Of a DNA stretch of 64,000 bases, positions 10,822 to 21,480 are shown one piece after another. Under the pieces are notes generated by a model. The model was given only the letters and a program-made list of their open reading frames with translations. It ran no database searches and was not told the origin of the DNA. The stretch comes from Octopus sinensis (taxonomy: Eukaryota), in NCBI RefSeq assembly GCF_006345805.1, contig NC_043003.1, forward strand, positions 38,130,001-38,194,000. Direction: 5' to 3'. Each line of letters starts with the position of its first letter. Positions within the stretch are counted from its first letter, which is position 1. The translations under genes and the position numbers were made by a program.

Positions 10822-11717
10822 TTTCCTATAACGGCTAATGTTATTTCTACCACTTTTCCTGCGGCTGATCACGTCGGTTTATTCTACCTTAAGATTTCTC
10901 TTAAGTTATATTATTTATTTAGGCTTTCCTCTGAGTAAGGGAAAATATAATGATTTATTGTCACTTATACTAAAGTGTTATCATTGTATCTTTAACCCTA
11001 ACTGCAGTTGTAACGTCATATAGACATATACGCATGGAACGCTAACTCAACGACTATGTATGTTGAATATTTTAATCGTGTCCTTTAAACCGCTATAAGA
11101 AACAAAACAAAGATTACAGAAATGCATATTTATCTATGCTCAGTTGAAAAACAAACGTGAAGAGAAACATTTTCTTTTTAATTATTTATTTATATAAATG
11201 TAACATTTTATATTTATTTACAAGAAGAAAGATAACTTAGTCGTGAAGAAAAACGACTTTAAATTCCTTAGCTAATTTCTTTTTCTATCTAATACGTTAA
11301 CCAACAAATCAAAATAGATTTGTGATTAATGTAGACATGGCATAAAAATTTACCGATGTTTCCAAAAGAGTGAGTGTCGTGGAGTTGAATGACTACCGAA
11401 CGAACACTAAAGTTTCTCCCCAAATCCAGGGTTTTTATAACTGCTCAACCTGACCAAAAAGAATCGAAATTCAGGACAAACATTCTTTTCGAAACTTTTA
11501 GAATCTTTATACGAGCAGTTACACTAAAAGAACGAAAATGACAATTCCTCGGCAAAAACATTACGTCATATTGCCAATTCGCGCCACATTTCAAAATGGG
11601 TTACTGTCATGCCTTTGGATGTCAGAAGTGAAAGAAGAAAAATCTGACGTCATTTTGACGTCACACTTTTTCTCGTCCATCTTCGTTTCTTTCCGTATAA
11701 TTTGTGCAAAATCAAAA

Positions 11718-11892
11718 ACGCGTGTAAATATATCAAATTAAAAAACGCAAATTATTTAGAATGTAAAAATCAAATATATCAAATTAAAAAACGCAAATTA
11801 TTTAGAATGTAAAAATCAAATATATCAAATTAAAAAACGCAAATTATTTAGAATGTAAAAATCAAATATATCAAATTAATAAACGCAAATTT
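11718..11892. repeat. Left subterminal array of the Merlin element, 46-bp unit x ~3.5
   Basis: Unit aatatatcaaattaaaaaacgcaaattatttagaatgtaaaaatca. Confidence 0.95.
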
Positions 11893-12089
11893 ATTCTTGC
11901 ATTATTCATTATTGTTTTTAAAAAAGAAATCACACCAAAATCTGCACAAATGAACCCCCATGACCATCACCGCGATTACATACACCAATCAGAATGACCA
12001 CTGACCACCACGTGCGTAATTCAAACTTTGAAATTTATTCAGTTAGAAACTTTCAGTGTGATATCAACACGTGCTAAACAATTTTTAAT

Positions 12090-12995
12090 ATGGCTTTTGC
12101 ATATCCAAGTTTAAGAGGAATTAGTCACCGCGATATTGCCGTCTCCACTGCTACAACAGCAGATAGCATTAATTGGCTTAAGAGACATGGCCTTTTGAAT
12201 ACCCAGAAAATATGTACATCGTGTGGAGCTAGCATGAGTGAAGTAGGGAAAAAAAGTATATCTGATGAAGTAATATGGTCGTGTGGAAGGCCTTGTAGAA
12301 AATCCGTGTCAATTAGAAAAGGAACATTTTTAGAAAATAGCAAATTGAAGTGTCAACAAATCATAGATATTTTGTTTTACTGGGCCAAAGAAGATTTAGC
12401 AAAAGGAATAGGACAGGAATGTCATTTAGCAAATGTAGCCGTGACAGATTGGAGGAATTTTTGCCGCGATGTATGTGCAGAATATTATGTTGCACAGAAT
12501 ATTAAGCTGGGAGGACCCAACGGAATCGTAGAGATAGATGAAACCGCGTTTGTTAGGAGAAAATATCATGTTGGCCATCGGGTTAAAACGCAGTGGGTGT
12601 TTGGTGCTTTAGAAAGAGATACCAGAAGATGTATTTTAGTGGCAGTGGAAGATCGGACAGCGGACACTCTTTTACAGATTATACGAGAGCGTATATTGCC
12701 TGGTACAACAATAATTTCCGACCTTTGGCGTTCGTATAATACACTCAGTCAGCTAGGATACAGACATTTGACCGTGAATCATTCAATAAATTTTGTTGAT
12801 CCGGTAACATTTGCCACAACCAACCACATAGAATGTTTATGGAAACACGTAAAGACTCGAAATAGAAGAGAATGTGGAACAGCCAGAAATTTACTTCAGA
12901 CCCATCTCATCGAATTCATGTGGCGCTATGAATTTAAGGACGATATATTCGGGAAGTTGATAGAGCAAATTCGACAGCTATATCCATGTGTTTGA
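12090..12995 (+). CDS. ISXO2-like DDE transposase (Merlin), 301 aa
   Basis: N-terminal zinc ribbon CTSC...WSCGRPC; catalytic motifs VEIDET, IISDLWRSY, HLTVNHS, TNHIECLW, EFMWR; no stops. Confidence 0.95.
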   Translation: MAFAYPSLRGISHRDIAVSTATTADSINWLKRHGLLNTQKICTSCGASMSEVGKKSISDEVIWSCGRPCRKSVSIRKGTFLENSKLKCQQIIDILFYWAKEDLAKGIGQECHLANVAVTDWRNFCRDVCAEYYVAQNIKLGGPNGIVEIDETAFVRRKYHVGHRVKTQWVFGALERDTRRCILVAVEDRTADTLLQIIRERILPGTTIISDLWRSYNTLSQLGYRHLTVNHSINFVDPVTFATTNHIECLWKHVKTRNRRECGTARNLLQTHLIEFMWRYEFKDDIFGKLIEQIRQLYPCV

Positions 12996-13084
12996 GTATA
13001 AGTATCAAGACAGAATGAGTATCGCATTTATTTTTAAACTTAACTTCAAGTTTATATTTTGATAATCTCACCGTTGAAAATGAT

Positions 13085-13292
13085 ATTTGAAAATAATTTG
13101 CGTTTATTAATTTGATATATTTGATTTTTACATTCTAAATAATTTGCGTTTATTAATTTGATATATTTGATTTTTACATTCACACGCGTTGAAAATAATT
13201 TGCGTTTATTAATTTGATATATTTGATTTTTACATTCTAAATAATTTGCGTTTATTAATTTGATATATTTGATTTTTACATTCACACGCGTT
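13085..13292. repeat. Right subterminal array of the Merlin element, inverted relative to the left array, with higher-order dimer structure
   Basis: aataatttgcgtttattaatttgatatatttgatttttacattc x4, alternately followed by ta or acacgcgtt; reverse complement of the left unit. Confidence 0.95.
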
Positions 13293-13702
13293 ACTTACCT
13301 ACCGTGGTGGTACGTAAATAAACGGCGTAAATTAAAGCGTAAATAAACGGCGTAAATTAAAGCGTAAATAAACGAAGGACGACGTAAATACACGAAGTTG
13401 ACATCTGACGTCAGATTTCTCTACTTTCACTTCTGACATCCAAAGGCATGACAGTGCCCAAAATGGCTAAAATGGCTATTGCTACAATATGTATAATTCA
13501 TTAGTTCTTCTCAATATATCGTTGTCTCTCTCATGTCTTGTGTTAAATATATATATAATCCTATAGCTCGCCCCCTAATTTTATCGATCAGCCTCACGTC
13601 TCGTTAAATATAGAATAAATATATTTATAATTTTATAGCTCCTTATTTTATACCTACTGATTTTTCCTTTCCAGTGGCGCCCACACATGGCTGCTAGTTT
13701 TC

Positions 13703-15213
13703 GCAGGTGTACCCACCCCTCCACCGCTACAGGAAGTCCTAAATTTTCTCATCCTTGTTGTCTCCCATGTACACTTCAAAATCTTACGCCACCACCACCA
13801 CCTCCTTCCATAAAAGGTAGTGGTCATTCATTGCAAGATATGTTAGTGTAGCGTACGCGGTTTGAACTTGAGTTTTATTGTTTGTCTATGAATCCTGCCA
13901 AACGCGAGTTTTCTTTTCAGGTTCATGATGCTACTAGGGCCAATACCTCCCACTCCCTCAGGGTTGGCACCCTGAAAAGCAGATCTGGCGAGATCGTTGA
14001 ATTGCTTGAACGGAGGTGTGTCGATATATGCTGTATTCAAGAAGTGAGGTGGAGAGGAGGTTCTGCTAGGTTCCTCACAGGCAAAGGCCAGAGGTACAAG
14101 ATTTTCTGGGCTGGGAATAATGGGGTCGGAGGTGTGGGTATACTTATCGCCAAAAATTGGGTAGATAAGGTAATCGAGGTAGTCAGAGTATGTGACAGAA
14201 TACTGAAGATTAGATTAGTGCTGAAGATAGTTGTGTGCAAAAATGCCACACCCTAGCAGTTGAGGGAACCTGTGGAAGAGGTTGACCCAAGAAAACCTGG
14301 GACGAAGTGGTGAAGCACGACCTTCAAACTTTAGGTCTCACCAAGGAGATGACTAGAGACCGAGACCTATGGAAGTATGCTGTGCATGAGAAGACCTGGC
14401 AAGACTAGTGAGACCATAACCCGAGGCCTCTACCTGGTATGTAGCCAGTCGACTTATACATACCTTTCCTTTTTGGGACACAAAACTCCACTTGTGAAGA
14501 CCCGTTGAGGCAAGTGAAAATGAAAATCAAAATCAAACCAAATCAAATCAGATATCAGAAAGCAGAACCAAAATCGAAGTCGATCAACATCAATGGAAAT
14601 TGCAGCTGTGATACCAGTGCTGGTGACAAGTAAGCGAACCATCCGATCGTGGCCGTTGCCAGCACCGCCCCGACTGGCCTCCGTGCCGGTGGCAGGCAAA
14701 GATCACCATCCGTTCGTGGCCGTTGCCAGCCTCGCCTGGCCTCCGTGCCGATGGCACGTAAAAGCACCATCCGTCTGTGGCCGTTGCCAGCCTCGCCTGG
14801 CCCCTGTGCCAGTGGCACGTAGCACCATCCGTTTGGGGCCGTCGCCAGCCTCGCCTGGCCCCGTGCCGGTGGTACGTAAAAGCACCATCCGTTTGGGGCC
14901 ATTGCCAGCCTCGCCTGGCCCCCGTGCCAGTGGCACGTAAAAAGCACCATCCGATCGTGGCCGTTGCCAGCCTCGCCTGGCACGTAAAAAGCACCATCCG
15001 TCCGTGGCCGTTTGCCAGCTCCCCCCGGGACCTGTGCGGGTGGAACGTAAAAAGCACCCACTACACTCATGGAGTGGTTGGCATTAGGGAGGCCATCCAG
15101 CCGTAGAAACACTGCCAGATCAGACTGGGCCTGATGCAGCCTTCTGGCTTCACAGACCCCAGTTGAACCGTCCAACCCATGCTAGCATGGAAAGCGGATG
15201 CTAAATGATGATG
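13703..15213 (+). mobile_element. RTE LINE with a large internal deletion (5' UTR + endonuclease start joined to RT C-terminus + 3' UTR)
   Basis: TLKSRSGEIVELLERRCVDICCIQEVRWRG...GVGILI (APE), then at ~14221 EDSCVQKCHTLAVEGTCGRG*PKKTWDEVVKHDL (ORF end), 3' UTR with a ~58-bp minisatellite, (atg)n tail. Confidence 0.88.
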
Positions 15214-15215
15214 CT

Positions 15216-15470
15216 TTAAAGCCTTTCGTTGTTGTATCCTTACTTTTTGTCTTGAAATGAAGTTTTGCCATTTCGAAATTATTGTCAGAAACCAACCAAG
15301 TTGAATATTCTGACTTACATGTCATCTTCAGATCGTGGAGACATTACTCATATGCATAACTTATTGGCACAGATATCAAGGAATGCAGTATTTTCATATT
15401 TTGGTATTTCGATATGAAGAGTGATGTTTTCTCCCCATTTAAGTTGTGAAAACTATATATCTTTTAAATA
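15216..15470 (-). mobile_element. 5' end copy of the ORF1-like element
   Basis: ctttaaagcctttcgttgttgtatcc...gttgtgaaaactatatatct aligns with 5134-5372. Confidence 0.8.
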
Positions 15471-15789
15471 TATATATCTTTCAACTTTTATCTTTTATGT
15501 CTTTCATTCATTAGATTCCTACCATGCCATGCACATATATTGCTGGAATGCAATATATGCCTGTGTATGTATGTATATATACATATGTACACATGTATGT
15601 GTATACATACATAAATATATGTTTGTGTAGATGCATATGTATGTGTATGTATACAAGTGTATATACACAGGTATGCATATAGAGATATATTCATAGTGCT
15701 GCTGCTCCATTCAATAGGTATTATTCTCTTTCTGAATAATAGCAATTTTGACACAGTATGAAGGCAGACATTGTGGAAATTTTGTCAGT

Positions 15790-16180
15790 AGTATTATGAA
15801 TGGAACAGATTCTGGTATTTCTTAAAATATGTACAGGATGACATCATTTAGGATCCCGAGGACATTCCTGAAGCTGGCTCTGATGCTGCTTTTTCTTGAT
15901 GCATCCAGTTTAAAGCCTTTTGTTGTTGTATTCTTACTTTGTATTGAAATGAATTTTTTGAATTTGTTGTCATCACAAAACAACAAATTCAAATATCCTG
16001 ACCTGCATATCATCTGCAAATTGTTTAGACATTACCTGTATTCATAATTCATACGTATGTTGTGTCACATTCATATACCCGATGAATGCAAAGCTAAGAA
16101 TGCAGTGTTTCCATATTTGGTATGTGTATATAAAGGGGAGCATTCTAACCCCACCCAAATAGTTAAAACTACATATACTT
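15790..16180 (-). mobile_element. 5' end copy of the ORF1-like element
   Basis: Encodes SKNTTTKGFKLDASR, shared with ORF 4228-5214; aligns with 1-250. Confidence 0.75.
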
Positions 16181-16224
<44 letters not shown>

Positions 16225-16239
16225 CATACACTTTTTTAT

Positions 16240-16650
16240 CCAAGTCTGAGTTCAGATCCCACTTGGGTCAACTTTGCCTTTCATTCCTCCAGTGTCGTAT
16301 CAGTCAACTACTGGGTTGGGTAAGAGTTAATGTGATTGACTAGTTCCCTCTAAAATTCCTGTCTTTGTACCAAAATTCGAAGGAATTATTATTATTTTTT
16401 ATTATAAGGCAGCGAGCTGACAGAATTGTTAGCATACCTTGTGAAATGCTTAGCAGCATTTCATCTGTCTTTATATTCTGAGTTCAAATTCTGCTGAGGT
16501 TGACTTTGCTTACATCTTTTTTGGGGTTGATAAATTAAGTACCAGTTGAGTATTAGGGTCGATCTAATCGACTAGTTGCCTCCCACAAAATTTCAGGCCT
16601 TGTGCCTTTAGTAGAATGGATTATTATTATTATTATTATTATTATTATGC
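16240..16650 (+). mobile_element. Two tRNA-derived SINE copies ending in a (TTA)n tail
   Basis: aaggcagcgagctgacagaattgttagc...ctgagttcaaattctgctgaggttgactttgc...ccttgtgcctttagtagaatggattattatta. Confidence 0.85.
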
Positions 16651-16869
16651 AATACATCAAAACAATCTGAGAAAAAGAACGATAAAAGAATTATATCTTG
16701 CAGTTAACAGACACATCAGTGTCTCCCATTGTGACTTCCTAGCAAAATCCAAACCTGGACTTAAATTACATTCATGCATCTATCACAAATAGATGCTGCC
16801 TCTTTTCTTTCTTTTCTTAAAATTTTTTTTCTCTTTTTCCCACTTTGCTTTTTGGAACTTTAAATCCTC

Positions 16870-17394
16870 TCCTTTAAACACTCATATGTCAAAACTGAGA
16901 GGAGCCCATGCTCTGGACAGAGGACGAGGATTAGCCTTCACAGGTGACTATGAAGGTCATATCGGATGTCGCTATGTTCAGGGTGATGGGCGCCTTCTCG
17001 AAGGACATATTCAGATTTGCATTCTGGGGCCCCGACCTGGGCCTGGAGTAATGCCTAAGGGTAGCATACAGCCTGGTCGGGGAGGAGGATGATTGAGTTT
17101 TGTGAACTATGTTATTATTTGTAATGGAATATGAAGTCCAAAAAATTGAAAAAAATTGTGAAAACTGTAAGAGGTTTAATACCTCGTTTTGTGTTTGTTT
17201 TTAAAGAACAATGTTTTAGAGAAGCAAAAGTTGGCGGGCGCTTTTTGTATTCTCCCATCCTTATCATCATTGTTTCATTATCATTCATTTCATTAATGTC
17301 CTTGTCCAGCCTGCAAAGCTACTATACTCTATGTACTGCCTTTATGGCAAATATAATGAAATAAAGCAGAATATCATTTGTTAAAAAAAAAAAA
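16870..17394 (+). other. Candidate terminal exon or processed-retrocopy fragment (GC-richer coding-like stretch, stop, UTR-like tail, AATAAA plus A12)
   Basis: Frame ends ...GPRPGPGVMPKGSIQPGRGGG* at 17092; AATAAA 17360-17365 lies 17 nt before an A12 run (17383-17394). Protein not recognised. Confidence 0.3.
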
Positions 17395-17733
17395 CTGATG
17401 TGAGTGACCATCATCATTATTATTTGTACCAATGTATGAAATTATTATTAGTACTTGTGATGTCATCAATGACTGGATGTTTGAATACTCTTTTGACAAA
17501 TTCAATTTGTTAATTCTCTTTAGTGAAACTTCTTCACAGATTGAAGGTTGTTATTCAATGACAGATGGGGAGATATTGAAAGTGAAAGGAGTCAGCTGTT
17601 ACATGGAACCAGTTCTGCTTCGTTCTCTTGTAAAATACATTTTGTTGATATATGAATAAAGTGTTTAATTATTTGGTTATTGTTGTTGATTTATTATTAA
17701 TAAAAGGGGATTTTTTTGTTTGTTATTTTATAT

Positions 17734-17962
17734 TTAACTCTTTAGCATTCAGATTACTTTGTCAAATATAATACTTATTTATTCATATTCATTTTGAATT
17801 TGTCATACATTTTCTTGTAGATTTGAGATTTCAATGAAATGGTTGTTTATTTTTAGAATAATATTGTAAGGTAGCTGTGAAAGGCCAGATCTGGTCAGTT
17901 TAAATATAAAACCAGTAGAATATTTTGGCCAGACATAGCCAGGTTAAATGCTAAAGGATTAA
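17734..17962. mobile_element. piggyBac-type MITE
   Basis: TTAActctttagcatt ... aatgctaaaggaTTAA terminal inverted repeats with TTAA ends. Confidence 0.8.
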
Positions 17963-18159
17963 AGAAAATCAGCTTTTTTGTGTATTTACATCACCAGATG
18001 TGTATCCCACATCACCAGTTCTGCTTACCAAAAGTGGCCCACTTGGCACCGTGCATTTGTCGTGTTGCAATGGCTGCGACATACAGCCACCTGCTCTATT
18101 CTGGTTGAGCATACATTAAAGTATAGAAATATTATTAGATTGATCTGCTGAGCAAAGTT

Positions 18160-18890
18160 TAATAGGTGTAGGTGGGGATGTGTGGTTAAGATTGTTTTGC
18201 ACCCCTGTGGTTTTGGCTTCAGTCTCGCTGTATGGCACACTTGGGCAAGTGTCTTCTATAGCCCTGGGTCAACCAATTTCTTGTGAGTGGATTTGATAAA
18301 TGGAAACTGAAAGAACTCTGTCATATATATATCATCATCATCTGGCATGGGTTGGATTATTTGACAGGAGCTGGCCAGGCAGGACTTCTGTGTCTGTTTT
18401 GGCAGGGTCTTTATGGCTGGATGCCTTTCCTAACACCAGTTACCCAGCAGAGTGAACCTTATATATATATTTTTTAAATCACTATCATCATTTAACATCC
18501 ATTTTCCATACTAGCATGGGTTGGATGGTTTGACAGAAGCTGGCCTACAGGAGAATTTCCCAGGCTCCAATTGTGTTTTGGTATGGTTTCTATGGTTAGA
18601 TGCTCTTCATAATGTCAGCCATTTTACAGAGTGTACTGGGAGCCCTTTAGGTGGTACCAGCACAAGTGTTTTTATATGGCACCATATATAATATTGTGTC
18701 CTTCTCCCCGCTGTTTGACAATCGGTGTCAGTTAATTTACATCCAATAACTTAGTGGTTTGGCAAAAGAGCCCACTAGAATAACTTCCAGACTTCAAAAA
18801 AAAAAAATGGGCTGGTGTTATGTTTGACTAAACCCTTCACAGCAGCGCTCCAGCATGACCGTAGTTCAAAGACTGTAACAAGTAAATATT
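18160..18890. mobile_element. Cluster of degraded SINE and RTE-tail fragments
   Basis: gtgtggttaag...ggcacacttgggcaagtgtcttcta (SINE head/core); catcatcatctggcatgggttgg (RTE tail, minus). Confidence 0.7.
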
Positions 18891-19239
18891 CAGTTGACTC
18901 AACTGTTCCTATTTACCTCTAGTATACAACTGATTCTGATTGATTGGGATGGTTGACATTTCATTTCTGTGATTCTGTCAGTCACCATGTGAAAATAATG
19001 ATGAGGGACCAAGGACACACATTATTGGGTCCTTGGTTCTCTAAAGGAGACTACGGCAGCAGTATTGGATATTAAGTTATCACCAAGCTAACATGGCAGT
19101 CCAGAAAAATAGGACGAATGCTGCAGTTGATTGGCTCCAAGAGGCCATCGCCTCTAGCTAGCTATGTGACACACAAACCTGTGTCCATAATGTTTATAGT
19201 CAAAAAAGCTTGCATTTCTGTAGTATCAGTTGGCTGCCA

Positions 19240-19878
19240 TAGTGGATTGGGTCTTTCACAAATAGAAATTATATGTTGAGCATATTTGTTTCCTCTGAGA
19301 CAGTTTCAAAAAACTTTTCGGTAAAAATAAAATATTTAGTCCAATGGGTGAGCATTGGGAGGTAGACTGTATTGTGGATTAGTCTTTTCTGTGGAATCTG
19401 GGAATTGTGGTTGATGTAGTAATCTTCAGCCATATTGCTGTATTGTTTTCAATACCATTTTCATCACTTTCATTCTCAAAATCTTCCTCATCTGATGAAG
19501 ATTCATAAATGTCAATATGATTCATCCGAAGACAAATCACTGTTGTTTTTGTTTATATTTTGTACATCATCATGAGTAAAACCTTCAAAGTTGGAATTGT
19601 TACTTGCTGATGCAATATCATTAAAAACTGAGATATCCACTTCTCATCAAACATTGAAAAAAAACCAAGAAGTTAAAAAAATTTCACCGTATTTTTACTT
19701 GATTAAAGCCACGGAAGGCTTTATCTCACGGCTACAAGAATTCAATAATGTCATTTGTCTTTTTGTTTTTTTAGCGACTTCGTAGAGGAATCAGATACAG
19801 CTGGATTTGGCTGGTTCATACAAGTAAAGGGGAATAATTTTTGACCAGTTTTGGCTGGTCTAAACACTAAAGGGTTAA
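19240..19878 (-). mobile_element. piggyBac transposon relic (5' TIR and acidic N-terminus)
   Basis: aaagggTTAA terminus at 19869-19878; minus translation ESSSDEEDFENESDE...YFIFTEKFFETVSEETN resembles PGBD N-termini. Confidence 0.6.
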
Positions 19879-20869
19879 GGTAGACTCAAATCAAACACTC
19901 CTTGATTAGAGGAATTCCTGTTGTGACTACTTTATCTTTTTGCCCAATGTATATTTATAACAGTAGGATGTGATTTTGTTGAGATTTAGCTGCTTTTTCT
20001 CTCTAGTTTAGTGATCACATGAAGCTCACTTAAAGCAAGGTAGACTGGATCATTTGAAAGGTAAGTGTCTTGACCACAAATAATGAACATCATTGGTGAT
20101 AAAGTACGAATCATGGATCCATATCTCTTGTTTGCTTGACACGGCTGTTCATGCTCTCAGGATGAATTATATAAGTTCCAGCATACTATAATACTTCCCT
20201 TGTTATCCTTCTTGGTCAGTTCTGATGAAAGATGCTTCTGCAGTGACTGTCTGTTGTTAATTTCAAGAACAAATCCATCAGACTTGACACTGCCTTTTTG
20301 TTTAACCTCAAGTTAGCTCTGACCAAGGGTGCTCTAGGTACGACTCTCCAATTTTTTTTATTCGGTCAACAAATACATCATACTATTACACCTTTGTTTA
20401 CTCTCAAGATATCTCTGATCTGGCAGACCTCTAGTTAAAGATGTTCCATTTTACTGTGACTCCTTGTTGCTGTTTAATCCCAAGATCAGCTCTAATTCAG
20501 CAGATCTCTGATTAATGATATTCCAGCACTGACACTATTTTTTATTCAGATAATGAATTATGACAGTTCACTTGTCACTATTTATCCTTCAAGATCAGTC
20601 TGGTTCAGCACACTTATGATCACAGATGTTCAGGCAGGAACAACTTATATTCAGATAATCGGAAAAAACACTCTGTAAAGTGGTTGGTATCAGGAAGGGC
20701 ATCCAACCATAGAAACCATGCCGAAATGGACGACTGGTGCCTGGTGCGGTCCTCCAGTTTACCAGCTCCTTTTGAACCATACAACCCATGCCATTATAGA
20801 GAATAGCCATTAATCCTTTACCTGGCAAAGACGAGTTAACTTGTCTTCATCCAATTTGTCTATTTCAGA

Positions 20870-21480
20870 ATGTGACATGTAAATTCATCCAAAACATAAT
20901 TTCAAAAACAGCCACAGATGAGTTTATATGTAAAAAATTTGGTTTTTATGTGTGTTGTTTTTACAAACTATGCTCAGAAGATGATGATGAGTATGAGCCT
21001 TCTATTAGAAGCTTGGATACATTAGATGAGAGTGCAAGCTCGTCTGATAAAGAGAATTCGTCTGAAAATGAAATGTTTTCTTCAAAAATAGTCACTAGGG
21101 AAGGGATTAAATGATGATGATATCCAATATTAGAAGACTGAACTAGGGATTTAGCTGATATTTCTTGCTGGTTCTACAACAATGTAGTGGACTTTTTCAC
21201 TAAGAGGCAAGGAACACATTCTTTTTACAAATTATGGGTAGCAGAAATCTAAATTTAATAGCAAAAAAACTTGAAAAGAGATATAATTGATGGCAATCTC
21301 TGAAAAACAATGCAAGAGTTATGTTAACGTTATGAGAATCTTCTCGTTCATTATCATGTCCAAAAACCTGTTGGACATAATAGTTCCATTACATAATTAA
21401 AATTCTCCAAAAAACAAGAAGTTTCTTAACTTAAATTTTGTCAGTTAATGTATTCTATTTTGTGTGGAAAACACGGTGAG
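20870..21480 (+). mobile_element. Possible degraded DNA-transposon (piggyBac-like) N-terminal region
   Basis: Acidic EDDDEYEPS...SSSDKENSSENE segment followed by interrupted frames; weak. Confidence 0.25.

Larger units (their letters stand above)
11600..13458 (+). mobile_element. Merlin superfamily (IS1595/ISXO2-like) DNA transposon, apparently intact, 1859 bp
   Basis: 53-bp TIRs 11600-11652 and 13406-13458; perfect 8-bp TSD CAAAATGG at 11592-11599 and 13459-13466; single intact transposase ORF. Confidence 0.95.
10313..13702. repeat. ~215-bp direct repeat (10313-10526 and 13487-13702) on either side of the Merlin element
   Basis: tatgtataattcattagttc...tttccagtggcgcccacacatggctgctagttttc present twice. 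Confidence 0.9.

Noticed and set aside
12090-12995. IS1595-like ORF as bacterial contamination
   Set aside because: It sits between a TSD in microsatellite- and SINE-rich eukaryotic DNA, and Merlin is an established eukaryotic superfamily.
11718-13292. 46-bp repeat arrays as CRISPR arrays
   Set aside because: Head-to-tail repeats with no unique spacers, no cas genes, and located inside a eukaryotic transposon.
14555-15175. 150-206 aa ORFs on both strands
   Set aside because: By-products of the GC-rich minisatellite in the RTE 3' UTR.
18914-18972. Possible 58-nt minus-strand exon (AG...GAG|GTAAAT)
   Set aside because: Weak acceptor and no recognisable protein similarity; cannot be tied to the polyproline gene.
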